Of a stretch of 47,069 nucleotides of DNA, positions 37,402-47,069 are shown piece by piece. The notes under the pieces were generated by a model. That model made no database searches, was not told where the DNA came from, and was given only the letters and a program-made list of their open reading frames with translations. Each line of letters opens with the position of its first letter. Position 1 is the stretch's first letter. The stretch lies in contig NW_021833820.1 in NCBI RefSeq assembly GCF_006345805.1, forward strand, positions 1-47,069, given 5' to 3'. Position numbers and translations under genes: made by a program. The stretch is from Octopus sinensis. Taxonomy: Eukaryota.

Positions 37402-40017
37402 GAACTACCAGTGAACTACTAGTGAACTAAAGTAACACCCCTTATTTTTCGAGCCCCATCTGGAGTATTTGAGCGGTTCCTAGCAGTGATGTTTTCTGCA
37501 AGTTCTCCACTCTCATTGCAGCCCCTATTTGTTCCATGTACTCCTGAAGATTTTTATTCACTCTTCTCAGGGCTCCGAAAATAATAATACGTTTTTCAGC
37601 GACTACAACTTCTTACCCTCCCAAGCTAGCCTAGCATATCTATCGACTTTTTCTTCCTTATCGCATATCTTGTTATCAGCTTGGCGTGCTATATCTACGA
37701 TCCAGCATAGTTTGTTGTCTTCCTCAATTAAGACTATGCCTGGTTTCCTATTCTCTATCTCATGGTCGCACTGAATCATAAAATCTCACAGGATCTTTGC
37801 ATTATCATTTTCGATGATGCTTTCGGGTTTATGCTCATACCAATTTTTTGCCCTGTCAAGTTCATACTTGTTGCAAAGTGTCTAAAGGACAATCCTTGCT
37901 ATATTGTCATGACGTCTTTTATATTCCTTCTGGGCTAGTGGCGTACATTGACTGGTAATATGCCATACGGTTTTATCATTTTGTCCACAAATTCTGCACT
38001 TACCACTTTTTATATGTTGCCTATTCTGTATTTGATGTAATTGGTTCTAAATACTTGATCTTGGGCAGCACAGGTTAGAGCCTCTGTTTCCGGTTTTAAA
38101 TTACTTTTAGTCATCCATAGCCACCTTTTTTCTGTCTGTCTTATCTTCAATATCCCTATGAAATTATCCATGCATTCTTTTCTTTATCCTCCAATTTTCA
38201 GTTTCATTCATTCTCAAGTGCTTGTACAGTGCTTTATCATTGCAATCTTTCATCCTACTCAAGCCTGACCTTCTTCTAATTATCGCGGTTCTGTGGCATT
38301 TTTTACATACCATGTTATGTTGTTTTCTTCTGCTCCAATGCTATGTTCACATCCAATCAGTCCTCTTTCCCCATTTTTTTTGGTACATACAGTCTGTGTC
38401 ACTTTTTGGGTGGAATGTCCCATATCTAGTTAGCAACTTCCTTGTCTTTCTGCCTAAGGTGTTTAGTTTGTGTACTGTCCATGCAATTACCCCCTACTCC
38501 ATATCTAAGGAGTGAAACCGCCCACGTGTTGATAGCTTCAATCTTATTCCGTCCGTTTAATTTAGACTTAAGGATCAGTCTCAGTTTGCGCAAGTACTCC
38601 ACCTTAAATTTTTCTGTCATTTTATTCTCAGTCAGTTTATCCATTTCCAATCCTGAAGTTCGTCTCTTTTATCTGCTTCCCAACCTCCCCCGACGGTATA
38701 GATAGCCCATCCATACATTTGATTTTGCCTCTCTTCAAGACTAACGTACCACATTTTTTCATTCTGAACTCCATTCTGATATCAGCACTGAAAGTATCAA
38801 CGAGAACTGATTTAGGATTCCTCTTTACCATAAAGTTTGAGGTCATCCATGAATAACAAATGGTTGAATTTTTGTTGGCGGCCTTTGAATACATACCTAG
38901 CCTTTGGTTTCCTCAGTATCAGTGTTAGTGGTATCATGCACATTACAAAGATCAGTGAGGACAGGGAGTCCCCTTGGAAGATGCCTCTCCTGGTTTCTAT
39001 TGTCCATAAACTTCTTCCATATGCTGTCAGGTCTGTCCCCCACTTCCCCATACTTTTTCCAAGCAATCGCTCAACATTCAATGCAATACCAAATAGGTTC
39101 ATACACTCCATGATCCATGAATGTGGGATCATATTGTATGCCTTACGATAGTTGATCCATGACATGGCTAAGTTAGTTTTCCTTTTCTTGTAGTCTCTAA
39201 GTACAGTTTTGTTCACCAGAAGTTGATCCTTAGTACATCTGTACATACACTTGCAACCCTTCTTCTCATGTAGCAGGACTCCATTTTTTCAGGGTGTCTG
39301 TATATTGCCTCTCCAACTATTCCAGCCAATAATTATCACATAAGTGGTAAACAGGATATCAGCCTGTAATTGTCCACCGTATTGTCTTTTCCGATATTTT
39401 TCAAACACAGCACTATCCTACCCATTGTCAACCATTCTGGTGTTACTTGGTTGGCATTTAACAAGGTGTTGAGCTGTGCAGCTATTCGTGTATGACATTC
39501 ACCAAATCTTTTGATCCAGTAGCCTTGAACTCCACCTGGTCCTGGGGCCTTCCAGTTGCTCATTTTTTTGCTGATTTCCTTCACTTCCCTAATTGAAATG
39601 ACTAGTTCTGCCTGTTTTGGACAGATTACTGTTTAGTTCAGTTCTTGCAGCAATCCAGCACCCTTGTGCTCCTTGTCTTTGCTCCAGATGTCACTCTAAA
39701 ACCTTTGGCTTTCATTGTTATCTGGTATCAACTTTTCCTCGGTACACTCTCCATTTATTTCTTTATAGAATCTCTTCTGATCTACTCTTAATAATCTATT
39801 CTGATGATATCCCTTCCTTCCTTGGTCGTATCTTACCATCTTTGCTTTCATTGCAACGAGGCGCTGTTTCAGTTCCTCCATTACCACTTTCAGGCCCTTT
39901 GTTTCAATATTATACTTGCTGTTCAGAGCCCTGTATTTTTGTTCGCTTCCAAGCTCCCCCTTCTCTTTTCGGTCTAACACAGAAATGACTTTAAATGCCT
40001 GATTCACCCAAATCCTA
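37402..40017 (-). pseudogene. Degenerate R4/Dong-like non-LTR retrotransposon (RT, CCHC, RLE endonuclease)
   Basis: NWKAPGPGG, NYRLISCLP, RGIFQGDSLS, LLFMDDLKLY, LILKSKLNGRNKIEAINTW; CCHC and ILWDF..PD-like region at ~37.7-38.0 kb. Confidence 0.88.
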
Positions 40018-40060
40018 ATCTATATATATATGAACGTGAGTGTATCTTTGTATGTATATA

Positions 40061-40187
40061 TAATATAATATAAGGTAAATAATTATTAATTTTAAAATCA
40101 ACAATTATTACCGAGTAGTTTTCGGTATGGAAATATAACCATTATCGGTAAACTTTTATATATATATACATCTAGATATATATATAT

Positions 40188-40240
<53 letters not shown>

Positions 40241-40470
40241 AGCAACAGGTTGCTTAGCCACACACCGAAAATTTAGAAATAGCAGTCAAAAACTGCTTAT
40301 TTCTATTTTCTACCAATATAACTCCACATATAACATATACATGTAACTCACATATGTAAAAAGAAGGAAAAATAACGAAAACAAAGTCTTTGGTCAGTTA
40401 CAGACGTGTTTCTGGGTTAGAATTTTAGATAACTCATTCCCGTCTTCAGCGCAATATTCCATTAGATGAT
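40061..40470. mobile_element. Cassette related to H5, with HHR (H6), interrupted by (TA)n
   Basis: Shared motifs at ~40091-40121 and 40261-40290. Confidence 0.65.
40398..40454 (-). ncRNA. Minimal type I hammerhead ribozyme (H6)
   Basis: Minus strand: ttgcg-CTGAAGA-cggg..ccca-GAAA-cacg-TC-tgtaa; GUC site. Confidence 0.7.
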
Positions 40471-40479
40471 AGATTTGCA

Positions 40480-40780
40480 AATGCTATTTACCTACCTCTT
40501 GCATCCCGATCTCGTGCCATCGGAGATAGCAGAAGATAGTCAGTGCTTTTCTAGCACTGTCGAACTCCTTGTTCCACCACCATGTCACCCGCGGCCTAGC
40601 TGGGATTTTGCACCAGCCACAAATTTGGTTTGTGTCCCCAGTAGATTGTCCCATAGGAATTCCAATTATCATCTAAGGTATATTTTCCTACCTCCTCTTT
40701 CACTTCAACATCAGAGACTTCCATTATCATGTCTCTAAATTTCTGTTTCCTTGTTTGGTCCATAACCTTTTCTAATAGGT
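40480..40780 (-). pseudogene. Possible RTE-clade LINE ORF relic
   Basis: CGWCKIPARPRVTWWWNKEFDSA resembles the WW(W)NEE motif of the RTE EN-RT linker. Confidence 0.45.
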
Positions 40781-41038
40781 TTTATCTCTCCGATTCATTC
40801 TAACACTAATTCTGAAGTCATTAACTAGAACCTATGTTGGTGTGTACACTCTTCACCTAGAAAAAAATTCTAATTTGTGAGGAGCTGCCTATCTTATTGA
40901 CTCGCGAGGAGGTAATCGACCTTATTTATGTTTTTATCAGATTGATAAGTGTTTAGGTGGATATTTGGTTTTCTGAAGGTAGCAACTCAGAACTCTAGTA
41001 GCTTTGTTCCCTCCTGAGGGACCGAAGAGGGAGCCGAT

Positions 41039-41570
41039 AAACTCGCCGAAATTCCAGCATGACTCAAATTTATTTATAGAAATCAAGATTTTTGAGAGAA
41101 GCATCGACACGCTGGACATAGCATAGGTAAGATATGGAAATTTATGGACACCATCTCAAAGTTTTAACAAGACTATAGTAATATATGGATAAAATCTCAT
41201 ATCGCATCTACAGTAAGGGAATATATGTGTGGAACATCATATTGTAATTTTAAAATCTATAAACATCACAAAGTTTTAGCAAACGTAGACAATTTCATAG
41301 TTTGAAATAACAGGCTTACGCATTTTGGGGGGAGACGTACAATAGTCATCCTATCGTATGAATGTTTATAGCAGCATTGAAGACCGAGTGGGAGAGGAGA
41401 AATGAGAGATAGCATGGTCAAAGAGGAAGCGGGTAAACTCGCCAAAATTCTAGCATACAGCAAGTTTATAGAAATCTAGATTTTTTAGAGGAGCATCGAC
41501 ATGTTTGACACAGCTTAGGTAAGATATTTCTACAAACATAGACAATTTAATAGTTTGAAAGGAGCATTGA
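41039..41570. repeat. Degenerate direct repeats, period ~395 bp
   Basis: aaactcgccgaaattccagcat..agcatcgacac..taggtaagatat (41037) vs aaactcgccaaaattctagcat..agcatcgacat..taggtaagatat (41435). Confidence 0.6.
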
Positions 41571-41581
41571 CACATAGGTAG

Positions 41582-41663
41582 TATTGGTGAACTGGCAGAA
41601 TCCTTAGCGAGTCTGGCGAAATGCTTAGTAATATTTCGTCTGCCATGTTCTGAGTTCAAATTT
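41582..41663 (+). mobile_element. tRNA-derived SINE 5' fragment
   Basis: tggcagaatccttagc (A-box-like) .. gttctgagttcaaatt (B-box-like). Confidence 0.55.
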
Positions 41664-41995
41664 CTTATCATACCACTGACAGTTGCAATGACAGGACAGT
41701 TCTCGTATACGATACCACATCTTTTGTATTTTAATTACCGGGTACTTATATTTACTTAATTTCTCAAATACTTTTACAGATATATTTTTATCAGTGGGAT
41801 TACTTAGATCTATTAGTCTACAAGTATTTTCTTCTTTTTCTTTAATGACTATGTCTGGTCGATTAACGTGGATCGCTCTGTCCGTGTTGACTGAAAAATT
41901 GAAGAGGATAGTAACATTTTTTTACCTTCAATGACTGGCTCAGGATGATGTTCATATCAGTAAGCAAAAGAACTGATTTTGTAGTGTTTTTATAT

Positions 41996-42830
41996 TTACC
42001 AATGTAAATACTGTCCTACCCTATCGTGATAAATTTTGTTTTCGTTTGGTGTCAGCACAAGGCAACCCGAGACGAGATGGTCTATTGTTTCATCAAATCT
42101 ATCACACAATCTGCATTCATGGTCAGAACCATTTTGAAGAACGTTGGCCTGGTAGTTTTGTACGTGCAAGCTTTGGTCTTGTGCTGCCAGTCTGAAACCT
42201 TCAGTCTCTGCTTTCAGTCCTGTTTCCCAGCTACTGATGGCTGATGATTGGTCTACATCTGTGTTTTGACTTCGAAGTATATAGTATACATGCAGAGGCT
42301 TCTGGTTGCACTGTTCCTCAATTTGTTTCTGCCCGTTCCATTTTGCAGTCTGCTTGATTTGTTTTGCTTGTTTTGTGGCAATGGTTTCAGATCCTTCATC
42401 TATTTCAGGGTTAATACCAAGTTCCTTTGCAAATTTCCAAACTTCTTTGACAATCGAATGTGAAGTTTTGCTCCTTTCGTGTTTGCACAGAAGCATAATC
42501 GTCCAGCCTCTGTACTAGATAAGTACCTGTTCATTGCCATTTTGGAAGTTTTATAGCACCGTTCTACCTGCATCATTCCTCTTCTCCTATTATATCTAGG
42601 TAGGTACTGCTTTTGGTTGGTGTATGTTCTTAGACGTTAGTAGCTAATTTGTCTTCCAGTCCAGGTGTTGAAGCCTTGTAAGATACCAGTTAATGATGCT
42701 AAAACTATATTAGACTGCTGGAAGTGCCACTATCTTAAAGGCTTTAATGCAATTTTTCAAGCTGAATTCAGTTTTTAGTATGAGTCATATTCTCCTGTAA
42801 TACTCCTTTCTTATACTTTTCCGTCATAGT
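41996..42830 (-). pseudogene. R4/Dong-like fragment (thumb to CCHC)
   Basis: GLKAETEGFRLAAQDQSL..CRLCDRFDETIDHLVSGCLVL..HDRVGQYLHW. Confidence 0.85.
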
Positions 42831-42999
42831 AGCATGTTCTATACCATCTCCTTTGTTTATCCTCAGGTATTTGTAATTTCCTTGTGAGTCAATCTCTTTG
42901 ATGATAGCATTGGTAACTAATTTCATGGAAGCTGTTTGCCTGATCTTGCCACTTGTAAAAGTTGCTGTAGTGCACTTACCAAGACCAAAATTCTTTTAT

Positions 43000-43551
43000 C
43001 ATTATTGAGTGAGAGAGCAGTGCATGACATCAGAATGTCACTGGGATAAAATATACAAAGCCTAGTATACCCATCATGACTACCCGCCTGATAAGGGTAC
43101 ACCAGATACATGCATCACAACCATATGTGTTCGTGATATAGTGAACTCATATCATGATAAATAGTGCATGAGCTCACTAGTGGGGCCCAGTTAGAATTTT
43201 CTTCATATTGAGTAGCTCATTCCACTCAAAGTCATTGAATAAGGAATATTGAAGGATGTTGAACAAAACACCAATGTCTCCAGAGGTGAATTATCCAAAC
43301 CCCAAAGAATTCTTCTCAATACATGGCTATGATGCTCCCCCACTACTTCTGCTCATGATCAGAGATGCACATATCATCAGCTACCAAGGGACATGCTCAA
43401 CTGGTTAAGGTCAAGCAACTGACAAGCAAATTGAGAAGAATATTTGCTGTAGCCCATCTTTTATATCAAGACAATACAATGTACATGATTACACTTCCAA
43501 TCAGTTAAGATCCGAAGCCACCTGAGCCACTGCCTGGTACTGCATCAGGGC
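43000..43551 (-). mobile_element. ~550-bp non-coding interspersed repeat bounded by TAA repeats (probable non-LTR 3' UTR or SINE)
   Basis: Minus-strand 3' end ctgctctctcactc-aataatgataa; other end abuts (tta)n. Resemblance to a common octopus repeat is from memory only. Confidence 0.45.
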
Positions 43552-43552
43552 A

Positions 43553-43616
<64 letters not shown>
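43553..43616. repeat. (TTA)n microsatellite
   Basis: Pure tta tract. Confidence 0.98.
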
Positions 43617-43620
<4 letters not shown>

Positions 43621-44228
43621 TGCCTTTGCACAGCTTCTAATGCTGGAGATGTACTACACTGTCAGTTGTTCACTACCAATGAACTAAGGTAACACCTCTT
43701 AGTTTTTGAGCACCTTCCGGAGTATTCGACTGGTTCCAAGCAGTGCTGTTTTCTGCAAGTGCTCTACCCTTATTGCAGCCCCTATTTCTTCTATGTACTT
43801 CTCAAGATTTTTCCTCACTGTTCCCAGAGAGCTCCAACAATTATTGGTACTACTGCTACCTTTTATCACCGACCACAACTGCTTAGCTTCCCAAGCTAAC
43901 CTATCATATCTCTTGACTTTTCTTTCTTACTTATCGCATAACTTGTCAGCTGGGCATGCTATGTCTATGATTCAGCATTGATTGTCTTCTTTCTTAATTA
44001 AGACCATGTCCAGCTTCCTATTCTCAATCTCATGATCGCACTGAATCATAAAATCCCATAAGATCTTTGCCTTTCTATTTTCGATAATTCCTTCAGGTTT
44101 GTGGTCGTACTAAGTTTTTGCTCTGTCAAGTCCATACATGTTGCAAAGTGTGCAAAGTGTCAAATGGACAAGCCTGGCTATATTGTTGTGGCATCTCTTA
44201 TAAAAATCTTAAGAGACGGAATATAAGA
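43617..44228 (-). pseudogene. 5'-truncated R4/Dong-like 3' fragment (RLE plus 3' UTR) between two (TAA)n tracts
   Basis: Homologous to 37402-37930 and 46901-47069; 3' end agaagctgtgcaaaggc runs into (taa)n. Confidence 0.85.
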
Positions 44229-44255
44229 TTATTATTATTATTATTATTATTATTA

Positions 44256-44292
<37 letters not shown>
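44229..44292. repeat. (TTA)n microsatellite
   Basis: tta tract. Confidence 0.98.
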
Positions 44293-44294
<2 letters not shown>

Positions 44295-44299
44295 GTTCG

Positions 44300-45780
44300 A
44301 CTTTTGCTTTGTATTTGTACAAGTTGGTTCCAAGTCTCATCCAGAGACCTCAAAAGAAAACAAGTTAGAAGTTCATGCTGGTGTTATGAATAGGGTGTCA
44401 TATATTTGGTTTTGCACATAGTATTGTTCTAGAGAATGTTTAAGAAAACAAAAAAAATATAAGTTTGTTTTAACATCTGAGATTACATAGACTGTATTTT
44501 ATGTAGGACATGGGCAGTTCCCATGAGCACTATCATTTGAATTTCTGCCATTTTGGGGTTTCCTGGTACCTGAGCTAGGTAAAAATCAGCCCCTTTTGCT
44601 ATTATTCATAGGGCACCTATGACAACTGGTATTGTTTTAGTCTTGAGGCTCTACAGTTTGCCAATTTGTACCTCAAGATCTTTATACTTGGGCAGTTTTA
44701 GGTATGACTTGACAAATACATTTACATCGATTGGGACAGTCATATCAATGAGGCGGCATGATTTTTGTCTGAAGTCTGGCCTATTTGCATCTATCTTTCT
44801 GTCAGTTTGAATGGGGAAGTTCTAGAAGAGTGAGATGTGATCATTTTCAAGCACTGGAGGTGGTTTGTGTTCCCACCAGTTTTTATTATAGGACAGGTCC
44901 AGGTTTTTGCAAATCATTCAGTGAATATTTTGTCTATCAATATCTCAAGCCTGCTGAGATACTCTGTATGCGCAAGAAGACTGCACATGGAGACAACATG
45001 ATCAATGGTTTCGTTTTGTTGTTGACATACATGACGTGTTGGCCTGGTAGTTTCTTGTAGGTAGGCATTGATTTTGTGCTACTGTGATAAACCCTTCTGT
45101 TTCTAAATTTAAGCCAGAAGACATTAGCCATTGATGGGTAAGGGCTTTGTCAACATCGGCATTATTAGCTCTCTTTGGGCATTTGCCATTGAGAGGTTTT
45201 TCTTGCCATTTGTCAGTAAGAATATCTAAAGCAGCAGTTTTAGCACAGGTTTTCATAGGCTTAGCTTTTCCTCTGCTTGTTTCTTGTATATCTAATTCTG
45301 GAAACAGTTGAATTTGGAATTCACTTAGATATTCTTTTGCCTGTTTTGTTACTGAGTATGATGCTTTCTCGCTTTCATGCTTTGAGACAGGTTTTTCAGG
45401 TAGGTGTCTAAGCCAATTGTGGTAATCTTCATTGTAAATTCCAGTTGTAAATTCCAGTTGTTAATTCCAGTTGTAAAAGTCCACAGACACCATCTTTTCT
45501 TGGCAGGTAAAGTCGTTCTATATCTGATTTAGGGTGGTGCATTCTATGCATTGTCGACAATTTTCGTATTTTTCTGTCAAGATTACATATTTCAATAATT
45601 GACCAATTAATGATATTGAAACTGTAAGTCACGACTAGTATAGCTAAAGTATTGATTGCTTCGATCCTGTTTCTTGCATTCAGCTCTGTCTTGAGTATTG
45701 CCCTAACCCTGTGGTAATATTCTCTTCTGATCCTTTCCTTCATCACTGAATGTTTGATTCTGTCCCCTTCAAATATCTTT
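44300..45780 (-). pseudogene. R4/Dong-like fragment (thumb to RLE and 3' UTR), frameshifted
   Basis: REYYHRVRAILKTELNARNRIEAIN, MHHPKSDIERLYLPR, GLNLETEGFI; RLE-like region at ~44.6-44.85 kb. Confidence 0.82.
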
Positions 45781-46810
45781 GGTAAGCCAGGGATCATTCT
45801 CATATAATTTTCAGTTCCCTTCTTGATCATTCCTAGTGCTCTTACGATCACTGGTATTGTAACCGCCTTGAGATGCCACATTTTCTCAATTTCAATGAGT
45901 AGGTCTTTATATTTTCTGAGCTTGTCAAACTCTTTCGCCGAGATATTATGATCACAGGGGATGCTCATGTCGATCAATAAGCAAACTTTATTGTTTTGGT
46001 CTTTCACAACAATATCTGGTTTATTGGCTTTGATGGTTCGGTCTGTATGTACTGGAAAGTCCCACAGAATCGTTACATTTTCTCCTTCAATTACAGTTTC
46101 AGGGTGGTGATTATACCACTTGTCGGCAGTTTTGATATTGTAATGCCGACTTATTAGCCAGTGTAGATATTGGTCAACTCTGTCATGTCTTAATTTATAC
46201 TCCACTGGTGCTAAGACTTTACATCCAGAGATTAGGTGGTCCACTGTTTCAATCATGTTGTTGCAGAATCGGCATTTTGGGTCTGCTCTATTTTTCATCA
46301 CATTGGCCTGGTAGTTCCGGGTTGATAGGCTTTGGTCTTGAGCAGCCAGGATGAAACCTTCGCTCTCTGCTTTTAGCCCTGAGCTCCGCAGCCACTGATG
46401 GGTTTGCTTCTGGTCAACATCAGCTTGTTTGCTGCGGGTCACATATTTGCCGTGCAGAGGTTTCTCCTCCCACCTATCAGCCAATTGCTCGTGCGCTTTT
46501 TTCATTGCCATCATTTTCACCTTCTTTGCAGCAATAGTTGCCGTACTTCCCTCGGGTTGTTCAGTTTGGGTATCCTGCACGAGATCAATAGTAAATTTTT
46601 TGCTTTCCTTTATGATAGAATGAAGCTTCTTTCGTCTCTCGTGATTTTCCACGAGCTTTAGCATCCAGTCATTCGTTATTTCAAGATATTTGGCCAGTCC
46701 AATTGTGGTTGTTTTGTAAGCTAGTTCAAATTGGATCAGGCCTCGACCTCCTTGGGCTCTGGGAAGGTAAAGGCGATCTATGTCTGCCTTTGGGTGGTGC
46801 ATCCTATTAC
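45781..46810 (-). pseudogene. R4/Dong-like fragment with open CCHC and RLE region, fused in frame to the adjacent copy
   Basis: MHHPKADIDRLYLPRAQGGRGL, CRFCNNMIETVDHLISGC, ILWDFPVHTDRTIKANKPDIVV..IDMSIP..KLRKYKDL. Confidence 0.9.
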
Positions 46811-46834
46811 AACTCAGCAGCTTGCGTATTTTCC

Positions 46835-46851
46835 TATTATTATTATTATTA

Positions 46852-46898
<47 letters not shown>

Positions 46899-46900
46899 TT
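46835..46900. repeat. (TTA)n microsatellite
   Basis: tta tract. Confidence 0.98.
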
Positions 46901-47069
46901 ATTCTCTTTGCGCAGCTTCTAATGCTGGAGATGTACTAAGGTGTCAGCTGTTCACGACTAGTGAACTAAAGTAACACCCTTTATTTTCTGAACACCCTCT
47001 GGAATATTTGAGTGGTTTCAAGCAATGATGTTTCTGCAGGTGCTCCATCCTTATTGCTGTTCCCTATTT
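46901..47069 (-). mobile_element. 3' end of another R4/Dong-like copy extending beyond the window
   Basis: Homologous to 43617-43790; runs into (taa)n. Confidence 0.85.

Noticed and set aside
43330-43551. ctgatga at ~43375-43381 (- strand) and a possible HDV-like ribozyme at the element's 5' end
   Set aside because: No GAAA with matching helices, and I could not build the P1/P2/P3 nested pseudoknot
44118-46974. Poly-Leu, poly-Tyr and poly-Ile ORFs (44118..44393, 46703..46974)
   Set aside because: Translations of (TTA)n

Overview
Eukaryotic, gene-free, almost entirely repetitive window. The SINE sequences and the (TA)n density resemble octopus/cephalopod DNA; this is inference from memory, not a database result. 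Contents: (i) six CR1/L2-group LINE copies from four families, one essentially full length (19.2-23.2 kb) and one full length but disrupted (30.8-35.4 kb); (ii) a nest of R4/Dong-like RLE-type non-LTR fragments (37.4-47 kb), several bounded by (TAA)n; (iii) SINE-like repeats, a non-autonomous Helitron and a mariner relic; (iv) long (TA)n tracts that generate the meaningless IYIY ORFs. The main finding lies in the non-coding islands between the TA tracts. At least five unrelated small repeats carry type I hammerhead ribozyme (HHR) motifs: 10 readable copies plus relics. They occur as ~360-nt and ~460-nt tandem units and in inverted-repeat cassettes, mostly with an inverted segment followed by a forward run. 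This fits Penelope-type pLTRs or retrozymes (ribozyme-bearing, circRNA-forming non-autonomous retroelements). One family has the compensatory U3-A8 core variant and another shows stem I covariation. Two LINE families share an unusual ORF1 with a Myb/SANT-like N-terminus plus CCCH zinc finger(s). All folds and alignments were done by eye; coordinates of degenerate elements are approximate.
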